From a virus, in IMG/VR virus record IMGVR_UViG_3300025732_000021, positions 1 to 64,000 of that record: 64,000 nt of DNA. One strand, given 5' to 3'. Under the pieces are notes generated by a model. It searched no databases, had not been told where the DNA came from, and worked only from the letters and a program-made list of their open reading frames with translations. The position numbers and the translations under genes are program-made. Shown here in pieces: positions 29,540 to 37,379 of this stretch (position 1 is the stretch's first letter; each line of letters opens with the position of its first letter).

Positions 29540-29789
29540 CCTTTTCTAAAGCATCCTTTAATGGTGGATCTAATTCATCATACTTCTTATGTATTGAAGA
29601 ACCATCATTTGAATTAATATGAACTATTTCTGTTTGCTGCAAATTATTTGTATCATTTAAATCAGCAAATGTCTTAATAACAAGAATATAATCGCAAAAA
29701 TCCTTAAAAATAAAGTCTCTTGCCTGTCTATCGCCTTGCTGTGTTACGTACCAGTCTGTTTCTACAGAACTCATTTTTTCTAGTGCCAT
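29517..29789 (-). CDS. Hypothetical protein
   Basis: AGGAGG SD and TGATATACT promoter upstream. Confidence 0.6.
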   Translation of the reverse strand: MALEKMSSVETDWYVTQQGDRQARDFIFKDFCDYILVIKTFADLNDTNNLQQTEIVHINSNDGSSIHKKYDELDPPLKDALEKANFPIVK

Positions 29790-29843
29790 ATAGGCCTCCT
29801 AACGTCCTTATTAGTATATCATAATCAATGCTATAATCTAAAT

Positions 29844-30527
29844 ATGAAAATAGAAGCCATCAAGCCACATATCGAAGAAAACTTTTTTACTCCAGAAGAA
29901 TATGCGTCTATATACAAGAGCATACAAGATACTATGGATCTTGGCATTAAAGAGGCTAACGATCCTTGGTTACATTTCCGTAAAAATACTAATAATGGCT
30001 TTTTAGTTATATTCTTTAGTGAACGTAGAAATGGTCCACTACCTGGATTGTCTAAAGAAGTTGAAGACAAGATTCGTAAAAAGTTTGAAGAAAAGACAGG
30101 TGGTCCTGTTGATCATATAGGTATTCTTTGGGCTAGATATTCTCCTCTTAGTGGAGAAATTCCTTCTTTGTACCCGCACCAAGATAGATCTGAAACACAT
30201 ACAGCATATATGTTTACAATTGAATTAGATAAAACACTTGATTGGGACTTTTATGTTGAAGACGATAAATTTGAAATGAAAAAGAATCAAGCAATCTGGT
30301 TCTCTGGAACAAATCAAGCACACTGGAGACCAGATAGATATTTTGGTGATGAAGATTATTATGACATCTTATTATGTCAAACACATCATGGAGAAGATGA
30401 TAATCCTTTAGAAGAAGAACACTATTTAGATGGTGACGATCATGCTACTGAGGTTGCCCATAAATATGCTCATCTTCTACCTGAAACACTGAAGAAGGCT
30501 TCACGCCTCCAAGGTCCTTGTCAATAA
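29844..30527 (+). CDS. 2OG-Fe(II)-oxygenase-like protein (PHxD...HWR subfamily)
   Basis: LYPHQD...FSGTNQAHWRP; TGCTATAAT 7 nt before the ATG. Confidence 0.65.
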   Translation: MKIEAIKPHIEENFFTPEEYASIYKSIQDTMDLGIKEANDPWLHFRKNTNNGFLVIFFSERRNGPLPGLSKEVEDKIRKKFEEKTGGPVDHIGILWARYSPLSGEIPSLYPHQDRSETHTAYMFTIELDKTLDWDFYVEDDKFEMKKNQAIWFSGTNQAHWRPDRYFGDEDYYDILLCQTHHGEDDNPLEEEHYLDGDDHATEVAHKYAHLLPETLKKASRLQGPCQ

Positions 30528-30608
30528 GATGATCTTTTTCTGATTTACAAGTACAACCATCACAACAAAATTCTGAAAAAATTTTTAATGTCCAACTATT
30601 ATTTTCTG

Positions 30609-30764
30609 TCATATTGATGTCCATCCTTGTGACTCTGCTTTACCTGATGCTATCCAATCTCTATGCAACTCATGTTGATATGACCAATTAGTTTTGTGTG
30701 TGTCCCCGCCACAAAGTTCACAAATTTCTGAATTCATTTCTTTATATACATGATCGCAATACAT
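30609..30764 (-). CDS. Small Cys/His protein (51 aa)
   Basis: Manual translation MYCDHVY...CELCGGDTH...; TGCTATAAT leaderless promoter. Confidence 0.5.
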   Translation of the reverse strand: MYCDHVYKEMNSEICELCGGDTHKTNWSYQHELHRDWIASGKAESQGWTSI

Positions 30765-30871
30765 AGATTCTATTATAGCAAAAATCTGAATTTTTTGTTA
30801 TTGTGTATGATACATAAAACAAAAATAAACGATCAAAAAAATAGTGAGCACTTTTTAGGTGCACACTTTTC

Positions 30872-31057
30872 TTAGTTTATTTTTTGTCCAAACAACCAAC
30901 CACTGTGAATTCCGATGAGTGGGGCGTCAATATTTACAGCAATCCCCTGTGGCAGTGAACTTGAGAATGTTGAAATAAAAGTTTCAACTGTTTCTTTGTT
31001 AGGTAGATTTATAGTCTTAGTTTCTCCGTTAGTTGTTGTTAGTCTTACTGGTATCAT
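30872..31057 (-). CDS. Small early-region protein
   Basis: AAAGGAG SD upstream. Confidence 0.6.
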   Translation of the reverse strand: MIPVRLTTTNGETKTINLPNKETVETFISTFSSSLPQGIAVNIDAPLIGIHSGWLFGQKIN

Positions 31058-31172
31058 TTTTATTTTCTCCTTTGTTTATTGTATCATAATGTGAGCGGTC
31101 ATAGTTAGCAATTGTGCCACCATTTTCTAAGTGGGCTTTTCTGCGTAGTTGTTCTGCTGAGTAGTTAGCCAT
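31029..31172 (-). CDS. Small early-region protein (47 aa)
   Basis: Manual translation MANYSAEQLRRKAHLENGG...; overlaps its neighbours. Confidence 0.45.
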   Translation of the reverse strand: MANYSAEQLRRKAHLENGGTIANYDRSHYDTINKGENKNDTSKTNNN

Positions 31173-31281
31173 TGGCTACACACTCGCAAGGTTCTACATC
31201 ATAATCGGTATCGTTACCCCAAAAGATAACTCCGTGTCCATAGCATTCATCGCATTCAATTCTAGTTAGTGCGTTTATCAT
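31165..31281 (-). CDS. Mini zinc-finger protein (38 aa)
   Basis: MINALTRIECDECYGHG...YDVEPCEC; AGAAAGGA SD; resembles 34039..34251. Confidence 0.6.
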   Translation of the reverse strand: MINALTRIECDECYGHGVIFWGNDTDYDVEPCECVANG

Positions 31282-31305
31282 TTATTTATCCTTTCTAATA
31301 ATGTA

Positions 31306-31327
31306 ATTCTATCAGGTAGCACTGACA
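31306..31327 (-). promoter_or_regulatory. PafBC/RecA-NDp-like promoter
   Basis: TGTCAG-tgctacctga-TAGAAT. Confidence 0.7.
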
Positions 31328-31331
31328 AGGT

Positions 31332-31508
31332 TTAGCCTTGCCAATGTGGAGAGTAATCTCCGTCACCCACCTCTGTGGTGAGTATTGTATAGCCATTTGA
31401 TACTAGGCTATCTAATAGGTTATTTATTTGATACTCGCTAACCATAAGGCGATTTGATACAGAAACAAGGGTGTCTCCCTTTTCTGCTGTGTAACTAAGT
31501 GTTTTCAT
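31332..31508 (-). CDS. Small early-region protein (58 aa)
   Basis: Manual translation MKTLSYTAEKG...; AGAAAGGA SD. Confidence 0.6.
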   Translation of the reverse strand: MKTLSYTAEKGDTLVSVSNRLMVSEYQINNLLDSLVSNGYTILTTEVGDGDYSPHWQG

Positions 31509-31536
31509 TTAGTTATCCTTTCTATTTAGTAATCTT

Positions 31537-31558
31537 ATCCTATACCCTGCCACTGACA
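31537..31558 (-). promoter_or_regulatory. PafBC/RecA-NDp-like promoter
   Basis: TGTCAG-tggcagggta-TAGGAT. Confidence 0.7.
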
Positions 31559-31597
31559 AATTGGGGTGTCTGTGGGGTGTGTCCCCTGTGATTTATA

Positions 31598-31687
31598 TCA
31601 CTCGTGGATACACTCACTCTCAATCTCATGTCCAAACTCTGAGACGAGTTCCTCGTAAATTTCATCCATATAATCTAAAAAGTCCAT
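31598..31687 (-). CDS. Acidic mini-protein (29 aa)
   Basis: MDFLDYMDEIYEELVSEFGHEIESECIHE; GAAAGGT SD; TTGACT-17-TAGACT promoter. Confidence 0.5.
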   Translation of the reverse strand: MDFLDYMDEIYEELVSEFGHEIESECIHE

Positions 31688-31774
31688 AATTTAGACCTAA
31701 CCTTTCTTAATTTCTAATACTGGAAGTCTAACATAAAAATATCAAAAAGTCAAGTCCTATTGCGGCGTGTCGTG

Positions 31775-31878
31775 TGTGATTTACACCACATGGCTGCGAC
31801 ACTCCCGAGTGCGTCGGCCAAATGTCCGTTTTGTACCTTTTATGTGTGTGGTTTAAGTCACATGTGAGGTACATCACA
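31775..31878. promoter_or_regulatory. Cluster of CRP/GlxR-like boxes (TGTGA-N6-TCACA) in a divergent promoter region
   Basis: 31775 (1 mismatch), 31847 (1 mismatch) and 31863 (perfect), plus 31587 (1 mismatch). Confidence 0.65.
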
Positions 31879-31911
31879 AAGTCCTAAATGTCCGTTTTGT
31901 ACCCCCAAAAA

Positions 31912-31933
31912 TGTCAGACCCCCCTGCTAGAAT
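31912..31933 (+). promoter_or_regulatory. PafBC/RecA-NDp-like promoter
   Basis: TGTCAG-acccccctgc-TAGAAT. Confidence 0.7.
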
Positions 31934-31967
31934 ACTTGTATTAGATAAAAGAAAGGTAGGTCAAAAA

Positions 31968-32165
31968 ATGACTACACTAAATAGAAATGAAATAGTAGAT
32001 TTGCTAATTGAAAAAGGTATCTGCGTGACAGATAACATCTGCGTATTCTGTTCACTACAAATGGACGGGTGGGATAGCATCTGTCGTAGATGTAGAGAAT
32101 ACAAAGGTGTAATGAACATAGTAAAAGCCATAGAACACTATGACTTAGAAATTATTGGATACTAA
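31968..32165 (+). CDS. Small zinc-ribbon protein
   Basis: CVFC...CRRC; GAAAGGTAGG SD. Confidence 0.65.
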   Translation: MTTLNRNEIVDLLIEKGICVTDNICVFCSLQMDGWDSICRRCREYKGVMNIVKAIEHYDLEIIGY

Positions 32166-32182
32166 AGAAAGGTAAATAAATA

Positions 32183-32392
32183 ATGTCTATTGAAATTTTT
32201 GAAATGAATAAAAGCGGTGCTGGTTGGGTATCGCTAGAAAATGCTTCTGCTGATACTAAATTAGATTTAGAATTAGCAATACTAACAAAAGCAGAAATGA
32301 AAATGCTCTGCTTCAAATGCCATGTTGAAATCCCTCGTGGTAATGTTTGCGTAAATCATAAAAATGTAAAAGGAGCAATTTACTTTGAATAA
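32183..32392 (+). CDS. Small early protein with CxxC...CxxH
   Basis: GAAAGGT SD. Confidence 0.65.
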   Translation: MSIEIFEMNKSGAGWVSLENASADTKLDLELAILTKAEMKMLCFKCHVEIPRGNVCVNHKNVKGAIYFE

Positions 32393-32411
32393 AATGAAAG
32401 GAGTAACTAAA

Positions 32412-32534
32412 ATGGTTACAGAAAAAGTAAAACGAATTCAAGAATTGCGTCGTAGCAATGCTGCAACAGCAATTCCTTCAAAGAAAAAATATTCACGAAA
32501 AGTAAAACACAAAAATAAATTTACTGATTTGTGA
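32412..32534 (+). CDS. Small basic protein (40 aa)
   Basis: MVTEKVKRIQELRRSNAA...KKKYSRKVKHK; GAAAGGAG SD. Confidence 0.6.
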   Translation: MVTEKVKRIQELRRSNAATAIPSKKKYSRKVKHKNKFTDL

Positions 32535-32585
32535 TCACAAAAATTTGCCGACCCCCGCGTTCGGGCGTGTCGCATTTACGGGGTT

Positions 32586-32601
32586 TGTGATTTTTCTCAC
32601 A
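32586..32601. promoter_or_regulatory. CRP-like box
   Basis: Perfect TGTGA-tttttc-TCACA. Confidence 0.65.
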
Positions 32602-32649
32602 AAAATAATTTCAAAAATGTCCGATTTATCCGCATTTTGGATTTGATTT

Positions 32650-32671
32650 TGTCAGATAAAAATGCTAAACT
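32650..32671 (+). promoter_or_regulatory. PafBC/RecA-NDp-like promoter (also has a TTGATT -35)
   Basis: TGTCAG-ataaaaatgc-TAAACT. Confidence 0.7.
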
Positions 32672-32702
32672 TACAGAGTAAGAAAATGAAAGAAGGTAAA
32701 AA

Positions 32703-32903
32703 ATGAGTGCTAATTTATACTCAATTCCAAGCCTATTAGTAGGCAAAACTTATCGTTCCAATTCCCTTGTTGGAGAAATTGTATCAGCAGAAAAACACCC
32801 TGCTTGCGTATGGTATGAAAACGCTGAGGCGTATCTTGTTGAAGTTAGAAATCAAAATGGCGGTTATGCTTACCGCACACTAGCAGTTAGGAATGATGAA
32901 TAA
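32703..32903 (+). CDS. Small SH3-like early protein
   Basis: LLVG..YR...GEI..AEK; paralog of 33790..33990. Confidence 0.65.
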   Translation: MSANLYSIPSLLVGKTYRSNSLVGEIVSAEKHPACVWYENAEAYLVEVRNQNGGYAYRTLAVRNDE

Positions 32904-33015
32904 TGAAATTAGATGAATTCAAGGCTCTCATTGAAACACAGCGAAAAGCGCAAAAATTGACAAACCTAGAAAAAATTGCTAAAATAGTAAAAACGAAAGA
33001 AAAGGAAAATAACTA

Positions 33016-33270
33016 ATGACTAACGCAACCTATACAGACTACCCATTCACCTCTAATGGTGTAAATTTTATCTCTCGCATTGCTGACCATTCGCCATTCT
33101 TAGGCGCTATCAAAAACCTGCCTGCGGATGTATTTATTCAGATGAACATTCAAGCAGTAACAGAAATGCTTGGTGACGCTTCACTATTTACTCGTGATGA
33201 ATTACTTGCTGAACTCGATAGAGTAAATGAGGGAGCCACTCACTCATGGATTTTGTTAGGAGATGAATAG
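33016..33270 (+). CDS. Hypothetical early protein
   Basis: AAAGGA SD. Confidence 0.65.
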   Translation: MTNATYTDYPFTSNGVNFISRIADHSPFLGAIKNLPADVFIQMNIQAVTEMLGDASLFTRDELLAELDRVNEGATHSWILLGDE

Positions 33271-33463
33271 AATGACGCTAACTAAAACACATTTCAAGGC
33301 TATCGCTTCAATCCTCGCAGATGTAAAAGATGAAATTCATCCGCAAGTCTATGAGGATTTGGTAGAAGGCTTTTCAACTTATTTCGGAACTAAAAACGAA
33401 TTATTTGATAAGGCAAAATTCGAAACTGCTTGCGGTGTTGATGAGTTAGGAATTATTTCATGA
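33263..33463 (+). CDS. Hypothetical early protein
   Basis: LTKTHFKAIA...N..FD..KF..ACG pattern, common in small phage proteins. Confidence 0.65.
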   Translation: MNRMTLTKTHFKAIASILADVKDEIHPQVYEDLVEGFSTYFGTKNELFDKAKFETACGVDELGIIS

Positions 33464-33650
33464 CAAGATTTCTAACTACACTTGTTCAAATTTCGTTATG
33501 GCTTTCAATTTATTTTATAATTAAAATTGCCAAAAAAGAAATTTAAATTTAAAACATGCGAAATCTGCGGTAGAATTTTTGTCGCAGATCTAAAATGTTT
33601 TGTATGCGCTGCTAAACAATAGTTGAACTTTCAACAAAAATGTCGGCCCC

Positions 33651-33670
33651 TTATCCACAGGTTATCCACA
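33651..33670 (+). promoter_or_regulatory. Two tandem perfect DnaA boxes
   Basis: TTATCCACA at 33651-33659 and 33662-33670, intergenic. Confidence 0.6.
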
Positions 33671-33789
33671 GGCTGTTAAGATGTGATTAAAAACACACCC
33701 AAAATTTTTCTTAAATTACGGCGTGTCGATTTGATTTTATAAAATAAAAATGATAGGCTAGAAGCCTGAAAATAAAGAAAGGAAATTCA

Positions 33790-33990
33790 ATGAGAAGTTA
33801 TTCAATTGAAGATTTACTTGTAGGTCAGTATTATAGACCTACCTCTTATGCCCGTAAATTTCAGGGCGGAGAAATAAACTTTGCTGAAAAGCGAGATGAT
33901 GTATGGGTAGGTACTGATTATCAGGCTTATTCAATTAGGTTCAATGGCTCTAAATGGGCTACTATTGCGGTTCGTGTGTCTGACTTGTAA
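33790..33990 (+). CDS. Small SH3-like early protein
   Basis: AGAAAGGA SD; TTGATT-17-TAGGCT promoter; paralog of 32703..32903. Confidence 0.65.
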   Translation: MRSYSIEDLLVGQYYRPTSYARKFQGGEINFAEKRDDVWVGTDYQAYSIRFNGSKWATIAVRVSDL

Positions 33991-33991
33991 T

Positions 33992-34013
33992 TGTCAGACC
34001 ACTATGGTAAGAT
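33992..34013 (+). promoter_or_regulatory. PafBC/RecA-NDp-like promoter
   Basis: TGTCAG-accactatgg-TAAGAT. Confidence 0.7.
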
Positions 34014-34038
34014 TTTTATATAAAGAAAGGAAATAAAA

Positions 34039-34251
34039 ATGGATAAATTGGAATACGCACTACGCACAATTCAGAATTGTAATTTGTGTAATGGAAAAGG
34101 TGTTGATTACTTCGGTAATGGAGATGCCTATGATTTTGAGGATTGTATTTGTAATCCTTATGGGCTAATCTTAGATGAAGATGGCTCAGTTATTTTTGAC
34201 AATGGCTTACTAAGTGAGCCTGAACTATTTGCTACTATGGAGGCTAACTAA
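34039..34251 (+). CDS. Small zinc-finger protein
   Basis: CNLCNGKG...CIC; AGAAAGGA SD. Confidence 0.65.
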   Translation: MDKLEYALRTIQNCNLCNGKGVDYFGNGDAYDFEDCICNPYGLILDEDGSVIFDNGLLSEPELFATMEAN

Positions 34252-34252
34252 A

Positions 34253-34534
34253 ATGGGAAGTAATTTTGCTAATGATTTATCAGACATGGATAATTTAGAC
34301 ATTGAACAACAGATAGGAATTCACTTATCTGCTAATCACTACCCGCCCGTTCCTAAGTCTATGGTTCAGCCTTGTGTTGAGGCTATTGACATGGTTAATG
34401 ATTTAGGACTATGGGACGCTTACATTACCCTGCCAGAAGGCATATCGTGGCAAGGTAAGAATTTTGCCCCTGCTTCTGCTATTATTGAAGCACACCACCT
34501 AGATGCGTGGATTATTGAAAGAGAGGAATACTAA
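34253..34534 (+). CDS. Hypothetical early protein
   Basis: HL..NHYPPVP...C..AI...HHL motif; GGAGG SD. Confidence 0.65.
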   Translation: MGSNFANDLSDMDNLDIEQQIGIHLSANHYPPVPKSMVQPCVEAIDMVNDLGLWDAYITLPEGISWQGKNFAPASAIIEAHHLDAWIIEREEY

Positions 34535-34535
34535 A

Positions 34536-34745
34536 ATGGAATACACTTATGCGCTTACTACTTCGTATGACGGAGAATTGGTAAATACTATGCGAGTATC
34601 AGATATGCTAACTGCTGTTGATGCGTGGGAAAAATGCGTGGACTTTGGAGATGCTAAAGAATACGCAACCTATAATCTATCTGACCCAACAGGTAAAATG
34701 TATACAAAAACTTTTTATCGTAACGGAGAGGTTGTTATTCGATAA
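34536..34745 (+). CDS. Hypothetical early protein
   Basis: GAGG SD. Confidence 0.6.
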   Translation: MEYTYALTTSYDGELVNTMRVSDMLTAVDAWEKCVDFGDAKEYATYNLSDPTGKMYTKTFYRNGEVVIR

Positions 34746-34973
34746 ATGTCTGATACAATGATGAACATGGAACTTGTCTTTGCTGATTATCTTCTGCCAA
34801 ACCAATTGGCGGAAGGTGATCTAATAAAGGTCGATGAACAATATCTAACAGTAAAAGAAATATCAGAAACTAAAGAAGGTTTCAATTTAGTTTTACTTGA
34901 TGACTTTGATGATGAGGTTGAGACCTTTGTTGGTGATGATGATAAACTTGAGTGGTATGTTTTTATAGAATAA
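34746..34973 (+). CDS. Hypothetical acidic early protein
   Basis: Abuts the previous ORF. Confidence 0.55.
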   Translation: MSDTMMNMELVFADYLLPNQLAEGDLIKVDEQYLTVKEISETKEGFNLVLLDDFDDEVETFVGDDDKLEWYVFIE

Positions 34974-35097
34974 ACATTCACATAATGAAAATGCAATATA
35001 TATTTTTAGCATGGATGATATTGTTCTTTTTTCTTATTCAATAAATCCCCGCAAAAGTGCTCGGCCCGCAAAACATAGATTTGTCAAGTTACGACTT

Positions 35098-35113
35098 TGT
35101 GATTAAGGTCACA
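35098..35113. promoter_or_regulatory. CRP-like box
   Basis: Perfect TGTGA-ttaagg-TCACA upstream of an early promoter. Confidence 0.65.
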
Positions 35114-35204
35114 TTAAAAAACCTCCCAAAATCCCCCCTTGATTTGTATTTCTTGTATTTTTTTGCTAAACTTATACTAAGACCCAAAACAGAAAGGAAA
35201 ACAA

Positions 35205-35372
35205 ATGACACTAGGCGGATACACTTATCAGGTAGGCGATTTATTCACTACTAGCAAGACAGGTGTTACAGGTCGTATTGAGAAGTTCGTTCCAATGCGC
35301 CACAATGTTACAAAGGTCATGCTTCGCTTGGCAAATAATCAAACTAGATTTGCTATGGTCAAAACCTACTAA
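35205..35372 (+). CDS. Small SH3-like protein (55 aa)
   Basis: MTLGGYTYQVGDLFTTSKTGVTGRI...; AGAAAGGA SD; absent from the ORF track. Confidence 0.65.
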   Translation: MTLGGYTYQVGDLFTTSKTGVTGRIEKFVPMRHNVTKVMLRLANNQTRFAMVKTY

Positions 35373-35470
35373 TCTCAAAATGTGAGAAATGTCAGGTTTC
35401 GACTTGACATTATCTCTCAAAAATGTCATAATAATACAAGTAATAACAACAACTAATAAAGGAGAAAGAA

Positions 35471-35638
35471 ATGGCAGTAAAGAACGCACAATACAAGGTT
35501 GGCGACACCTACACCTCACAGAAGTCAAAGGTGACAGGCGTTATCACAGAAATCAAGCCAAACACAGACGGAACTTCTGTTCGTGTCAAACTTGATGTCA
35601 ATGGCACACCTCGCTGGACTACTTGGACAGCAAAGTAA
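35471..35638 (+). CDS. Small SH3-like protein (55 aa), paralog of 35205..35372
   Basis: MAVKNAQYKVGDTYTSQKSKVTGVI...; AAGGAG SD; TTGACA-17-CATAAT promoter. Confidence 0.65.
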   Translation: MAVKNAQYKVGDTYTSQKSKVTGVITEIKPNTDGTSVRVKLDVNGTPRWTTWTAK

Positions 35639-35655
35639 TTTAGCAAACGCTAACG

Positions 35656-35686
35656 CCACCTGAGCAAGTGGAGGCTAAACTGCTCA
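35656..35686 (+). ncRNA. H-type pseudoknot motif, copy 1
   Basis: CCAC-CTGAGCAA-GTGG-aggcTAAAC-TGCTCA. Confidence 0.7.
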
Positions 35687-35755
35687 CTTGATTTTCTATC
35701 GTAGAAATGCTATGATAGTGTAAGACCCAAAAACCCAAAAAGAAAGGAAACACCA

Positions 35756-36178
35756 ATGGCTAGAAATGGCAAAGCGATAAATGTAAAAATCGCTACAACT
35801 AAGGTTATCAAGGCACTAGAAAGCGCACTTGATAAACTAAATAAAGACTTCGCTTCACAAGAGGCGAACGAAGCAAAGCACGACAAGGCAGTAAAGGCTT
35901 GGAACAAGGAAGTCGCTAAATTAGCACTTGATAAAATTGCTAAGGCAGAGGACTTATCTGCTCATAAGAGATACAATAACGAAATCCAAGTATCTTTCTC
36001 TCTACCTGCTGGAACTATCACGCTACCTGATGAACCCAAGAAAGACTATGTGTCTATTCATGAGTGGCAGTATCGTGAGCAGAAAGAGGAAATTGAGAAC
36101 GCAATTCGTATTCTCAAGATGACAGATGAGGAAGTAGTTTCTACTTCTACTTACAACGCTATCGCAAGATACTTGTAA
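35756..36178 (+). CDS. Hypothetical coiled-coil early protein
   Basis: AGAAAGGA SD; TTGATT-17-TATGAT promoter. Confidence 0.7.
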   Translation: MARNGKAINVKIATTKVIKALESALDKLNKDFASQEANEAKHDKAVKAWNKEVAKLALDKIAKAEDLSAHKRYNNEIQVSFSLPAGTITLPDEPKKDYVSIHEWQYREQKEEIENAIRILKMTDEEVVSTSTYNAIARYL

Positions 36179-36184
36179 AATTAC

Positions 36185-36212
36185 TTTCCTGAGCATGAAA
36201 TAAAACTGCTTA
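36185..36212 (+). ncRNA. H-type pseudoknot motif, copy 2
   Basis: TTTC-CTGAGCAT-GAAA-TAAAAC-TGCTTA. Confidence 0.7.
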
Positions 36213-36363
36213 AAGTTTTTCTCTCCTGATAAGCACTACTAAACAATGAAGTGATCGCAGGGTCCTTGTAGTTATTCCTGGAGAGATTGTCATAGCAGGT
36301 TTTGAATGTGTAATCGCAATTGCCCCTGCTATGACCACCCCCCCTTTTTTTGGGGCCGATCCG

Positions 36364-36379
36364 TGTGATGTAAATCACA
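36364..36379. promoter_or_regulatory. CRP-like box
   Basis: Perfect TGTGA-tgtaaa-TCACA. Confidence 0.65.
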
Positions 36380-36466
36380 GTCCATTATGTGAGATTATTT
36401 ACGACTTTGATTTGTATTTCTGCCCTAAAAATGATATTATTAGATTATAGAAAGAAAGGAAACAAA

Positions 36467-36742
36467 ATGATAGCAACAATGCTAGAACTACAAAACGCAA
36501 CACAAGAAGCGGTTCATGATGAAATCATAATGAGCATGGCTTCTGCTATTTATCATCACAAAGACGAAATGTCATCAGAGGAATTCGCTAGGGCTTTATT
36601 TGAGTATTCCGCAGCACTTTCAGCAATGACAACTACACTCGTGACCCATGTATTATTGACAGAATCAGAATTAGGTGTTATGCTTGATACTATTAGAGAA
36701 TTTGATGAACTAGGAAAGGATATCACAAATGGAGACAACTAA
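36467..36742 (+). CDS. Hypothetical early protein
   Basis: GAAAGAAAGGA SD before ATG 36467. Confidence 0.65.
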   Translation: MIATMLELQNATQEAVHDEIIMSMASAIYHHKDEMSSEEFARALFEYSAALSAMTTTLVTHVLLTESELGVMLDTIREFDELGKDITNGDN

Positions 36743-37187
36743 CGAAGTACTGGTACCTGAGCACTACAATGCAAATCAACTTGTAACTTATAAGAAGATT
36801 GAAAATGATGTAGTATCATTTCCTACTATCAAGGTTAATGACCTTGAATGGGAACTGGACCGTAAGCGCTTATTGCAAAAACAAATCGATGAACTTAATT
36901 ATACAATTAGTCGAATCACCGATAACATGACTGAGGAATCCTGGTATAACCCAAATACAGAGGCTGCAGAAATTTTAAATGATTTGTGTGAAATCCTTGG
37001 CCATAATCCAGTGAAGACAATTGATTTCACTGCAAACGTAACAATTAATGGTCAAATTGATATTCCAATGAATGAGGTCGAAGATTTTGATTTAGATTCA
37101 TTTATCTTTGATGTTGTTTCAATTGACACATATCACGGTAATGTTGAAATTCATGATTGGGACGTAAATTCTGTAGAAGAGTGTTAA
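36729..37187 (+). CDS. Hypothetical acidic early protein
   Basis: GAAAGGA SD; overlaps the upstream ORF. Confidence 0.65.
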   Translation: METTNEVLVPEHYNANQLVTYKKIENDVVSFPTIKVNDLEWELDRKRLLQKQIDELNYTISRITDNMTEESWYNPNTEAAEILNDLCEILGHNPVKTIDFTANVTINGQIDIPMNEVEDFDLDSFIFDVVSIDTYHGNVEIHDWDVNSVEEC

Positions 37188-37264
37188 ATATTTGCAGGGT
37201 TCATGAAAGGCCCTGCAATGTACGCAGCATCCCTCTTTCATCCTTTCTTTCAGGGATCTGCAAG

Positions 37265-37293
37265 GGACCTGAGCATGTCCACGTAAACTGCTC
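37265..37293 (+). ncRNA. H-type pseudoknot motif, copy 3
   Basis: GGAC-CTGAGCAT-GTCC-acgTAAAC-TGCTC. Confidence 0.7.
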
Positions 37294-37379
37294 CCTTCCA
37301 AAAAGTGGTCGGCCCGTTTTGTACTAAATGTCCGTTTTACGTAGTTACGAGCAAATCGCCCAAATTCAGGACTTGATTT

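Noticed and set aside
35389-35410. TGTCAG at 35389 (and near 41810) as further PafBC promoters
   Set aside because: No TANNNT at the N10 distance; a standard TTGACA-17-CATAAT promoter explains the 35.4-kb site.
35656-35686. CTGAG...AAAC motif considered as a hammerhead ribozyme
   Set aside because: It lacks the CUGANGA/GAAA core and three-way junction; the pairing fits an H-type pseudoknot.
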